56,882 nucleotides of DNA, taken from positions 1 to 56,882 of the forward strand of contig VBML01000026.1 of NCBI GenBank assembly GCA_005878915.1. Reading direction: 5' to 3'. The notes under the pieces were generated by a model. It saw only the letters and a list, made by a program, of their open reading frames with translations, was not told the DNA's origin and searched no databases. Of this stretch, positions 37,099 to 44,448 are shown one piece after another. The stretch is from Methanobacteriota archaeon. Its GTDB lineage: Archaea; Thermoplasmatota; Thermoplasmata; RBG-16-68-12. Each line of letters opens with the position of its first letter. Position 1 is the first letter of the stretch. A program made the translations under genes and the position numbers.

Positions 37099-37140
37099 CC
37101 GCAGGGACCGAACGGGGCGCCGCTGCTGGGGTGCTTGTGA

Positions 37141-38109
37141 TCACGGGGGCGGCGGGGTTGGCCCTTCGGGCGGCTGCGGAGATGTCGGCGGAGCCTGCGG
37201 GGGCGGCACAATCGGCCCTGGCTCCATCGGCGGCGGGGCCGCGGAAGAGAAGCCGGTGGGTCCGACGGGCACCCTGGGGCCGCGACGTCGAATCGCGACC
37301 GCAGCGAGCACGACAATCACGATGACGAGGGCGATGACGGCCCACAGCTCGGGAGGCAACCCCAAGATGTTCGCCGGGCCCGCCGCGGGGGCGGCGTGTC
37401 GATACGACTTGAGTTCCAACCCCCCCTGTTCCGCGTCCGAAGCGTCGTACGACTTCTCCTTCACCGTGTTTCCCGCATCTCGCGACCAGTAGCTCCTCGA
37501 GTAGCTCCCATCCGCCTGGGTCTCAAGGAGGGGTGTGACCGCGAACGTTCCCGCGGGGACGGTCTGCTGTTCATCGGATTCCACGCGGATTGTCTCGGTC
37601 ACCGTGGACGACATCGTCCGGGCGGGTAGACCCGTGACCTCCGTCACGCTCGTCAGGGCGCTCGTTGTGGACCACTGTGCGTTCGCGGCAAAGGGCCAAC
37701 GAATTTCGATGGGTGGGTTGTAGGTGTTGGTGACCGTGAAGGAGTTCGAGCCGATCGTGGCGGTGAAGGTGAGCTTCACGGGGGACAGGTCCGAGCGACG
37801 GAACCACACGTCGCCGGGAACGGTTGTCGTGGTACTCCCGCTCGTCAGGTTGAACCAGAGTCTAGCGTGATACGAGGCGTATGACGTTCCGGAAACGGCG
37901 ACGGACTCGGAGCCGAGGATCTCGTATCGGAACGTCCCCGTGGATCCCGGCAAGGGGGACGCTGTTCCGGTGAGATTGTACGTCCAGAAGTCCCCGATGC
38001 TCCACGTGGGCGCCTCGAGCGACGCCCGCACCGGCAGGGCAAGGGCCGGGAGAGCGAACACGATTGCAATCATGGACACGATCAAGATCGAGCGGAAATG
38101 GCGAAGCAA
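37141..38109 (-). CDS. Anchored secreted protein, paralog B
   Basis: TTG start and signal peptide (ILIVSMIAIVFALPALALP). W.IGDFWTY, VPAGTF and YWSRDAGNTVKEKSY motifs, TM helix (WAVIALVIVIVVLAAVAI) and a long Pro-rich tail. Confidence 0.7.
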   Translation of the reverse strand: MLRHFRSILIVSMIAIVFALPALALPVRASLEAPTWSIGDFWTYNLTGTASPLPGSTGTFRYEILGSESVAVSGTSYASYHARLWFNLTSGSTTTTVPGDVWFRRSDLSPVKLTFTATIGSNSFTVTNTYNPPIEIRWPFAANAQWSTTSALTSVTEVTGLPARTMSSTVTETIRVESDEQQTVPAGTFAVTPLLETQADGSYSRSYWSRDAGNTVKEKSYDASDAEQGGLELKSYRHAAPAAGPANILGLPPELWAVIALVIVIVVLAAVAIRRRGPRVPVGPTGFSSAAPPPMEPGPIVPPPQAPPTSPQPPEGPTPPPP

Positions 38110-38334
38110 CCCTCAACCTCCCCACGCAGGGATGGACCATGGCCCCATGAAGATTTCGCTGAAATCGGGGGGTCTCGCGAGGGAACCCGGTCCCCCCGGA
38201 CCGAGGGTTCATGAGACCCGCTCGGTTCCCGCCCTGGAACGTCCGAGACGGGCTCGATTCGGATCGCCATCGAGGACCGAATTTTCATCGTCATGGGATG
38301 GTGGCGTTCCTCAGAAGCGCAAGCCCTTGGTTGG

Positions 38335-38360
38335 GAACGAATGATCAGAACGAATGATCA
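38335..38360. repeat. Perfect 2 x 13-bp tandem direct repeat (GAACGAATGATCA)
   Basis: Read directly: gaacgaatgatca gaacgaatgatca. Each unit contains the palindrome TGATCA. The second unit contains the stop codon of the 55-aa ORF. Confidence 0.9.
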
Positions 38361-38525
38361 CTCGTACGATTCCGCTTCTTCCTGGAGGTCGATGACGACC
38401 TGCTCGAGGACCTCCTCGAACGAGTTGCTGGTGTATTCCCTCATCCCCCCGATTTCGCTCTGGATGCGAGCAATAAACCGATTCGAGCTCTTGAGGAACT
38501 CGATGTTCACCAGCGACTCTTCCAT
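38358..38525 (-). CDS. Small acidic helical protein (55 aa), below the 60-aa ORF-track cutoff
   Basis: My own translation: MEESLVNIEFLKSSNRFIARIQSEIGGMREYTSNSFEEVLEQVVIDLQEEAESYE. Third-codon positions are strongly G/C-biased, as in neighbouring genes. A TATA-like box lies upstream on this strand. Confidence 0.45.
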   Translation of the reverse strand: MEESLVNIEFLKSSNRFIARIQSEIGGMREYTSNSFEEVLEQVVIDLQEEAESYE

Positions 38526-38597
38526 GGGGACAGTCCTCGCGGGCAGGCGACGCTCCGAATTTCGAACGCGTAACGGAATTCTCTATTTAAGTGTTGC

Positions 38598-38726
38598 TTG
38601 CGCAGGGGGCCGCGGTGACTGTCCGCACGGTCCCATCCGGTCGCGGATTTTCATCCACAATCGGAAATGAAAATGAGCACCCCTACTGTCCGCTCAGCGG
38701 GATCGGATCCGCGACCCCCCGCGCAA
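38598..38726. repeat. 129-bp element bounded by 18-bp imperfect inverted repeats (candidate structured RNA or MITE-like element)
   Basis: TTGCGCAGGGGGCCGCGG (38598-38615) against CCGCGACCCCCCGCGCAA (38709-38726) gives 16/18 complementary positions. An internal 9-nt direct repeat ACTGTCCGC lies at 38618-38626 and 38685-38693. Confidence 0.6.
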
Positions 38727-38785
38727 CGTTGATATACGCCTTGCGTATCGAGACCGCGCGCCAGCGCCGCAATGGAGAAGCGAAC

Positions 38786-38980
38786 GTGGGAAACATCCGG
38801 CCGACCTACATCAAGCGGGTCGCGATTGAGCTGCTCAAGCGGTACCCGAACGAGTTCACCGCGGACTACGAGCACAACAAGAAGAAGGTCTCCGAGCTCA
38901 CGGACGTCGCGTACCCGCGGATGCGGAACCGGATTGCCGGGTATCTGACCCGGTACCGCCAGCTCCTGCCGACGGTCTGA
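38786..38980 (+). CDS. rps17e: 30S ribosomal protein S17e (eS17)
   Basis: GTG 38786 gives (M)[34 protein letters not shown]...[11 protein letters not shown], the archaeal S17e pattern. Confidence 0.9.
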   Translation: MGNIRPTYIKRVAIELLKRYPNEFTADYEHNKKKVSELTDVAYPRMRNRIAGYLTRYRQLLPTV

Positions 38981-39046
38981 TCCCCCCACCCGGCTTCGGG
39001 CCTCCCAGGGCTCTGCCCCGCGGGCTCGCCGGCGAGAGCAAAGACG

Positions 39047-40057
39047 ATGGACTTCGCAATCGAAACGAAAGACCTCTTGAGGATATTCAAGCCCTCCCGC
39101 AAGTTGTTCAAGCGGAAGAATCCCAATGGGAATGGCGCGCCCGAGGGCCCCGTCACCGCCCTGGAGAACGTGACGACCCAGATCCGTGAGGGCGAGCTGT
39201 TCGGTCTCCTCGGCCCGAACGGGGCGGGGAAGACGACGCTGATCAAGATCCTGTGCACCCTGCTCCTCCCGACGGCGGGCCATGCGTATGTGGCGGGCTA
39301 CGACGTGGCGAAAGACCCCTTCCCCATCCGTGAGAAGATCAACATGGTGAGCGGTGGGGAGACCAGTGGCTACGGGCTCCTGACAACGCGTGAAAACATC
39401 TGGATGTTTTCGCAGTTCTATGGGGTCCCGAGCAAGGTCGCGAAGGCGCGTATTGACGAACTGTTCAAGACGTTCGGCCTGTGGGACAAGCGGGATGCCA
39501 AGGTCCGGACCCTCTCGAGCGGACAGCGCCAGAAGATGAACATGGTCCGAGGGTTCGTCACCGACCCGGAAATCCTCTTCCTCGACGAGCCGACCCTCGG
39601 CCTCGACGTGAACGCGAGTCGCGTGATCCGGGACTATGTGATGGGCTGGGTGCGGCGCCAGAAGGGGAAGACGATCCTCCTCACGACCCACTACATGATG
39701 GAAGCGGACGAGATGTGCGACCGGATTGCGATCATCGACCACGGCCGCATCCTCGCGTGCGACACCCCCGAGAACCTGAGGCGGGGAATCCGGAAGGACA
39801 CGACGTTCCGGCTCGAGGTGGACACCCTCAAGTCCACGTCCATGTTTACGGGGATGAGAGGCGTGAAGAACTTCTCCGCGAAGAACGATATCGCAAATAA
39901 CACGACGAGCCTCACGTTCATCCTCGAGGACGAGTCCCCTGTGTCAGACATCCTGAGCTCGATCCAAAGCCAGGGCTCGAAGATCCACTACCTGCAGAAG
40001 TCCGAGCCCACCCTGGAGGACGTCTTCATCAGCATGGTCGGGAGGGGGCTGGAGTGA
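39047..40057 (+). CDS. ABC transporter ATP-binding protein (ABC-2/DrrA-like exporter type)
   Basis: Walker A GLLGPNGAGKTT, signature LSSGQRQK, Walker B ILFLDEPT, H-loop TTHYM. Confidence 0.9.
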   Translation: MDFAIETKDLLRIFKPSRKLFKRKNPNGNGAPEGPVTALENVTTQIREGELFGLLGPNGAGKTTLIKILCTLLLPTAGHAYVAGYDVAKDPFPIREKINMVSGGETSGYGLLTTRENIWMFSQFYGVPSKVAKARIDELFKTFGLWDKRDAKVRTLSSGQRQKMNMVRGFVTDPEILFLDEPTLGLDVNASRVIRDYVMGWVRRQKGKTILLTTHYMMEADEMCDRIAIIDHGRILACDTPENLRRGIRKDTTFRLEVDTLKSTSMFTGMRGVKNFSAKNDIANNTTSLTFILEDESPVSDILSSIQSQGSKIHYLQKSEPTLEDVFISMVGRGLE

Positions 40058-41061
40058 GCACGGCAACTGCGACGTCAAGGATCCCGCATCGCGTGAAGCT
40101 GAACCTCCAGGCCATCGTCGGGCGGGCGTACCCCCGGGTGATTGGCGCGAACCGGGAGCCTTCCTGGATCTTCTTTGAAGCGATTCTCCCGCTCCTCGGC
40201 ATCGCGGCGTACGTGTTCATCTACAAGGCCCTCGCGACTCGCGCACTCGGTGTCATCCTGACTCCGACCCCATCGGCACCTTATGGTATGTGCGGCCCGA
40301 ACCCTTGCGTCGACGCGGCGCAACAAGCCCTCTTCCAGGCGAATTCAATCGCGAACACGAACGCCCTGATTGCCACCGTGGTGCTCGGAGGGGCCATGGT
40401 TGCGTTCTGGCTGAACGTCCTCTGGTCGATGGCGTCCCAGCTGTACTGGGAGAAGGAAATCGGGAACCTGCAGCTCTACATGATGGCTCCGATGTCGCGG
40501 ATGGCCCTCCTCGGGGGCATGGCGATCGGCGGCATGTTCATGACGTCCGTCCGGGCGATTACGACGCTCGTCGTCGGGATCCTTGTCTTCACCGTCACCT
40601 TGCAGCTCGGGAACCCGCTCCTCCTCCTCGGAGTGTTCTTCGTCACTCTCATCGCGCTCTACGGGATGGGAATGATGCTCGCCTCGCTCTATCTCCTCTG
40701 GGGACGGGAGGCGTTCAACCTGTCCGCCCTCCTCGAGGAGCCGATCTTCTTCTCGAGTGGGTTCTACTTCCCCGTCGGCGGCTTCGCGCGGTTCGGGACC
40801 GTAGGGGGCGCGATGCTCGCATTCGCCACCGCGATCCCCGCGACCCTTGGGCTTGACGCGATGCGCCAGATCATCGTTCCCGGGAGCCCATCCCTCCCCA
40901 TCCCGATCCCATGGTCGCAGGGCGCGTACCTGACACCCGACCTCGAGTTCGGACTCCTCCTCGTCCTAGCCGTCATGTTCCTTTTCCTGGCCCGCTATAC
41001 GCTTGCGTACCTGGAGAAGCTCGCGCGTCGCGAAGGGAGGCTGACGTCACGGCATCAGTGA
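40054..41061 (+). CDS. ABC-2 type transporter permease
   Basis: The start overlaps the ATPase stop (GTGA). About 6 TM helices. Confidence 0.8.
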   Translation: MSTATATSRIPHRVKLNLQAIVGRAYPRVIGANREPSWIFFEAILPLLGIAAYVFIYKALATRALGVILTPTPSAPYGMCGPNPCVDAAQQALFQANSIANTNALIATVVLGGAMVAFWLNVLWSMASQLYWEKEIGNLQLYMMAPMSRMALLGGMAIGGMFMTSVRAITTLVVGILVFTVTLQLGNPLLLLGVFFVTLIALYGMGMMLASLYLLWGREAFNLSALLEEPIFFSSGFYFPVGGFARFGTVGGAMLAFATAIPATLGLDAMRQIIVPGSPSLPIPIPWSQGAYLTPDLEFGLLLVLAVMFLFLARYTLAYLEKLARREGRLTSRHQ

Positions 41062-41921
41062 GCAGCGCCGCCCGGATCCACTGGCGGTCGTTCAAGTGGG
41101 CCGCCTGGCTCGGCTGGGAAATGGACTCGAACTGGACAGAGCCGTGGCTCTTCATGGTGTACAGCGTGATCAAACCGATCGCGGGGGCCTTCATCCTCGT
41201 CCTGATGTACACCGTCTTCGCGCTCATCGGGCAGTTCCGAGACCCCGACCTGTTCTCCTACATCTACGTCGGGAACGCGTTCTTCATCTTCGTAGGCAAC
41301 ACGCTGTTCGGGACGTTCCAAGTAATCCAATCGGACCGGGAATGGTACCAGACCCTGAGGTACACATACATCTCCCCAATCTCCTATTACACGTACATCG
41401 TCGGCCGAGCGGCCTCGAAAGTCGCGGTCGCGGCTCTCGCGGTCGTAATCACGCTCGCCTTCGGTGCCCTCGCCCTCGGCGTACGGTTCGAGATCAACCT
41501 CGCCCAGCTCCCGATCTTCGCCGCGGCGTTCGTCCTCGGCTTGTTCTGCCTGGTCTCGATCGGAATCTGCCTCGCGGGGATCTCCTTCATGACTGCGAAG
41601 CACACCCATGGGCTCGCCGAAGGGATTCCCGGGATTTTCTACGTGTTCTGCGGGGTCTTGTTCCCGCTCACGGCCTTGCCCGAGTGGGCCCAATCCGTCG
41701 GTCGGGGAATTCCCCTCACGTACTGGTTCGACCTCACCCGCCGGCTCCTCCTCCCGCCGAACACGATCAGCACGGGGCTCGGGTTCTTCAACGACTACGA
41801 AATCCTCGCCCTCCTGCTCGCGTCGAGCCTGATCTTCTTCCTGATGTCCATTGGGATCTTCAAGCTCGGCGAGTTTCTCGCCCGGCGGGCGGGGAAGATC
41901 GACATGACGACGAGCTACTGA
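41058..41921 (+). CDS. ABC-2 type transporter permease (second subunit)
   Basis: GTG 41058 overlaps the preceding stop (GTGA). About 6 TM helices. The ORF track's earlier start (40911) overlaps the preceding gene. Confidence 0.8.
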   Translation: MSSAARIHWRSFKWAAWLGWEMDSNWTEPWLFMVYSVIKPIAGAFILVLMYTVFALIGQFRDPDLFSYIYVGNAFFIFVGNTLFGTFQVIQSDREWYQTLRYTYISPISYYTYIVGRAASKVAVAALAVVITLAFGALALGVRFEINLAQLPIFAAAFVLGLFCLVSIGICLAGISFMTAKHTHGLAEGIPGIFYVFCGVLFPLTALPEWAQSVGRGIPLTYWFDLTRRLLLPPNTISTGLGFFNDYEILALLLASSLIFFLMSIGIFKLGEFLARRAGKIDMTTSY

Positions 41922-42256
41922 GCGGATGCCCGCCTCGCCCGCCTCTCTCGGATGTATGGGAAGCGGCGGATGTCGCCGCAGACGCCGCACGTGGAGGTGA
42001 CAAGCCCCCGCGACACGCGAACGCGGCAGTTCTTGCCAGGGACGAGGAAAGCGTGGCAGCGGCGACAGTACCGCCGTTTGAACTCCCGCGGGAGTCGCAC
42101 ATTGTACCGCATTCCGATTTTCGCTGCAAGGCTGGCGTACCGGTCCGCGCGAGCAGAGTTCCCCGCCACCGCCTCACGCTCGGCTAGGCGGAACAGGATA
42201 TCGATTCGCTCGAGCGCGATCTTCCTCTCCGATCCCTTCCGCCGGCGCTGCGTCAT
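41915..42256 (-). CDS. rnp4: RNase P protein component 4 (Rpp21/Rpr2 family)
   Basis: IALERIDILFRLAE...RY..LA..I..RY.V.LP...KR.YCR.C...L.PG.N..VR... with a C..C...C..C zinc ribbon. ACCTTTAAGC lies about 28 nt upstream (leaderless). Confidence 0.85.
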   Translation of the reverse strand: MTQRRRKGSERKIALERIDILFRLAEREAVAGNSARADRYASLAAKIGMRYNVRLPREFKRRYCRRCHAFLVPGKNCRVRVSRGLVTSTCGVCGDIRRFPYIRERRARRASAQ

Positions 42257-42278
42257 CTCGGCTCCGTAGGGGGGCGCC

Positions 42279-42288
42279 GCTTAAAGGT
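42279..42288 (-). promoter_or_regulatory. TATA-like box for rnp4 (leaderless spacing)
   Basis: ACCTTTAAGC on the minus strand, centred about 28 nt upstream of ATG 42256. Confidence 0.45.
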
Positions 42289-42380
42289 TCGTCGCGGCTT
42301 ATGATGCGGTCTCTTGCAGCTAGGGCCTAGACCGGCCAAACCTTTTTCCCGCATCCCTCCATCGACGGAGAGGGAATTCC

Positions 42381-43472
42381 GTGAAGGCTCGCGTGAAGGC
42401 GATCTACCGCCAATTGAAGCAGCCCGTGGACGCGATCGTCCTCTCCAACTCCACCGAGCCCCACATCGACATGTCGTTCTTCTATGCCACGGGCCTCACG
42501 GACGGCCTCTTCGAGGGTTGCACCGCGTGGCTCTTCCCGGATGGTCGCTGCGAGATCATCACGTCGGCCCTGGAGGAGGAGGCGGCGAAGAAGAGCGGGT
42601 TGCCCCTCCGTGTCTTCAAGAACCGTGACGAGCGGCGCGCCGCGATGCGAGGGTCGCTCCGGGGCCTCCGGCGGATCGGCATCAACTCGTCCGAGCTGAC
42701 GCAGAAGGCCTTCACCGAGCTGAAGCAGCTTCTCCCCAAAGGTCGCTTCATCGATGTCTCCGATGCGATCATGAAGGCCCGTCTCGTCAAGGACGATTCG
42801 GAAGTCGACCTCATCCGGACCGCGTGCAGCATCGCGTGTCGATCCCTCGAGCAGATCCTCCCGTTCATCCGACCGGGCCGCACGGAGAGCGAGGTCGCGG
42901 CGGAGCTCGTGTACACGATGCAGCGAAACGGCGCGACCGGGGCCGCGTTCCGGACCATCGTGGGGGCGGGGCCGAACTCCGCCGAGCCCCACTACACCGC
43001 GGGCCCGCGAGAGATTCGTTCCGGGGATCTCATCGTGATTGACTTCGGCGCGCTCTACAAGATGTACCACTCGGACGTCACCCGCACGGTTGTCGTGGGA
43101 AAGGCGAGCCCGGAGCAGCGGGAGATGTACGAGACCGTGCGTCAAGCCCAGGACGCCGCGATGAAGATGCTGCGCCCCGGGATCCGGGGAAAGAGCGTCG
43201 ACGCCGCCGCGCGGAAGCTCATCGACGCGACGAAGTATCGGGGGCGGTTCATCCACGGCCTCGGCCACAGCCTGGGGCTCGCCACCCACGATGGGGGCGG
43301 GCTGAATTCGGTGAGCGACATCATTCTGAAGCCGGGGATGGTGTTCACCAACGAGCCCGGTGTGTACGTCTCCGGGTTCGGTGGGGTGCGGATCGAGGAT
43401 GACGTTCTCATCACGAGGGCAGGCCCCGAGGTGCTATCGACGGCGTCGCGCGATCTTGTCACCGTAGGCTGA
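42381..43472 (+). CDS. M24 family Xaa-Pro peptidase
   Basis: Creatinase-like N-terminal domain plus pita-bread fold metal ligands: DFGA.Y..Y.SDVTRT, HGLGHSLGL..HD, FTNEPG.Y, GGVRIEDDV. Confidence 0.88.
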   Translation: MKARVKAIYRQLKQPVDAIVLSNSTEPHIDMSFFYATGLTDGLFEGCTAWLFPDGRCEIITSALEEEAAKKSGLPLRVFKNRDERRAAMRGSLRGLRRIGINSSELTQKAFTELKQLLPKGRFIDVSDAIMKARLVKDDSEVDLIRTACSIACRSLEQILPFIRPGRTESEVAAELVYTMQRNGATGAAFRTIVGAGPNSAEPHYTAGPREIRSGDLIVIDFGALYKMYHSDVTRTVVVGKASPEQREMYETVRQAQDAAMKMLRPGIRGKSVDAAARKLIDATKYRGRFIHGLGHSLGLATHDGGGLNSVSDIILKPGMVFTNEPGVYVSGFGGVRIEDDVLITRAGPEVLSTASRDLVTVG

Positions 43473-43483
43473 CGGCCTCGTCA

Positions 43484-44014
43484 CTACGCAGAGAACTCGT
43501 TCTCCAGTATTGACATCCGAACGAGGTTCGCGAACCGCCCGCGCTTCCACAACTCGTCCCGCCGAATCCCTTCGCGGATGAACCCGCACTTCTCATACAC
43601 GCGAATCGCACGGTCGTTGTAGTCGAGGACGTCCAGGTTCACCTTATGCAAGCGAAGGTCGCGGAACGCGTACCGCAGGATCGTCCGCATCGCATCTGTC
43701 CCGTATCCCTGCGACCACTGCCCTTTTTCTCCGATGACGATGCCGACGCTCGCCTTGCGGTTCGACCGATCGATCCCGTGGAGGCCGACGTTCCCCACAT
43801 GATTTCCCTGCACCTCGATCGCGTAGATCTCCTCGTCGACCTTCGCCCGGTAGTCGTTGAACCACCGCTCCTCCTCGGCCATCGTGAGGGGCTCCTCCCG
43901 CCCGAGAAAGTACGTGACCTCGCGGTCGTTGAACCACACGACACACCGGGCAAGGTGCTCCCGTCCGAGGGGCCGCAGGGAGACACGCTCCCCCGCAAGG
44001 GGCTCCCGCCGCAT
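43484..44014 (-). CDS. GNAT N-acetyltransferase (RimJ/RimL-like)
   Basis: ATG 44014 gives MRREPLAGERVSLRPLGREHL...W.NDREV..., GIVIGEKGQWSQGYGTDAMR and N.RAIRVYEKCGF. The ORF track's extra 41 N-terminal codons look non-coding. Confidence 0.8.
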   Translation of the reverse strand: MRREPLAGERVSLRPLGREHLARCVVWFNDREVTYFLGREEPLTMAEEERWFNDYRAKVDEEIYAIEVQGNHVGNVGLHGIDRSNRKASVGIVIGEKGQWSQGYGTDAMRTILRYAFRDLRLHKVNLDVLDYNDRAIRVYEKCGFIREGIRRDELWKRGRFANLVRMSILENEFSA

Positions 44015-44198
44015 CGCGCGGGCGAATGGCGGACCGCACTTAGAGCTACGCTCGCGAGGGGGAACTCCGTCGCGATCGTGCAACGATGTGATCTGGGCGA
44101 ACGGACTGGTGCCGACGCCGTCCGAGGCGGGCAACATCCAGCCTCAAAATGTTGGGACGACGATTCCAGAGGAACAGTCCAATCGAGAATTAATCACG

Positions 44199-44237
44199 GC
44201 CCCGCCCTTTATCGTCGGGCGGGGCGCAAGACGCCCC
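44199..44237. other. Overlapping, mutually exclusive GC hairpins in a 434-nt non-coding gap
   Basis: GCCCCGCCC (44199-44207) pairs with GGGCGGGGC (44217-44225). GGGGCG (44221-44226) pairs with CGCCCC (44232-44237). The middle segment can join only one stem at a time. Confidence 0.5.
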
Positions 44238-44427
44238 TCCTCGGCGCCCTGGAGGCAACCTCTCCCCTCTCTTGAACTCGGAGCCTACCAAGGTCCTAAA
44301 CGGCGGTTCCAAATACTTTAAGGTCGTTTGGTGTTCACCCGATTTCGGGACAACCTACCAATGTCCACACCAAAGGGTAGGCGAAAGGGAGGAGGAACGC
44401 GGCCCGGCGAGCCCGGGGACCGCGCAC

Positions 44428-44437
44428 TTTATATAAG
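44428..44437 (+). promoter_or_regulatory. TATA box for the DUF835 receptor gene
   Basis: TTTATATAAG is preceded by GC-rich CGCGCAC (BRE-like). It is only about 17 nt from ATG 44449 and about 30 nt from in-frame GTG 44461, so the real start may be the GTG. Confidence 0.5.
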
Positions 44438-44448
44438 GTGTTAGACAC

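Noticed and set aside
38335-38360. Considered whether the tandem repeat or any other repeat marks a CRISPR array.
   Set aside because: It has only two 13-bp units with no spacers. I saw no 25-40-bp repeat/spacer periodicity and no cas genes anywhere in the window.
38660-38700. Possible box C/D sRNA signals: AATGAAAATGAGCA here, GATGATAATGA at 55302-55312 and AATGATCA at 38340-38360.
   Set aside because: None has an exact RUGAUGA C box paired with a CUGA D box at appropriate spacing, and none shows terminal kink-turn pairing.
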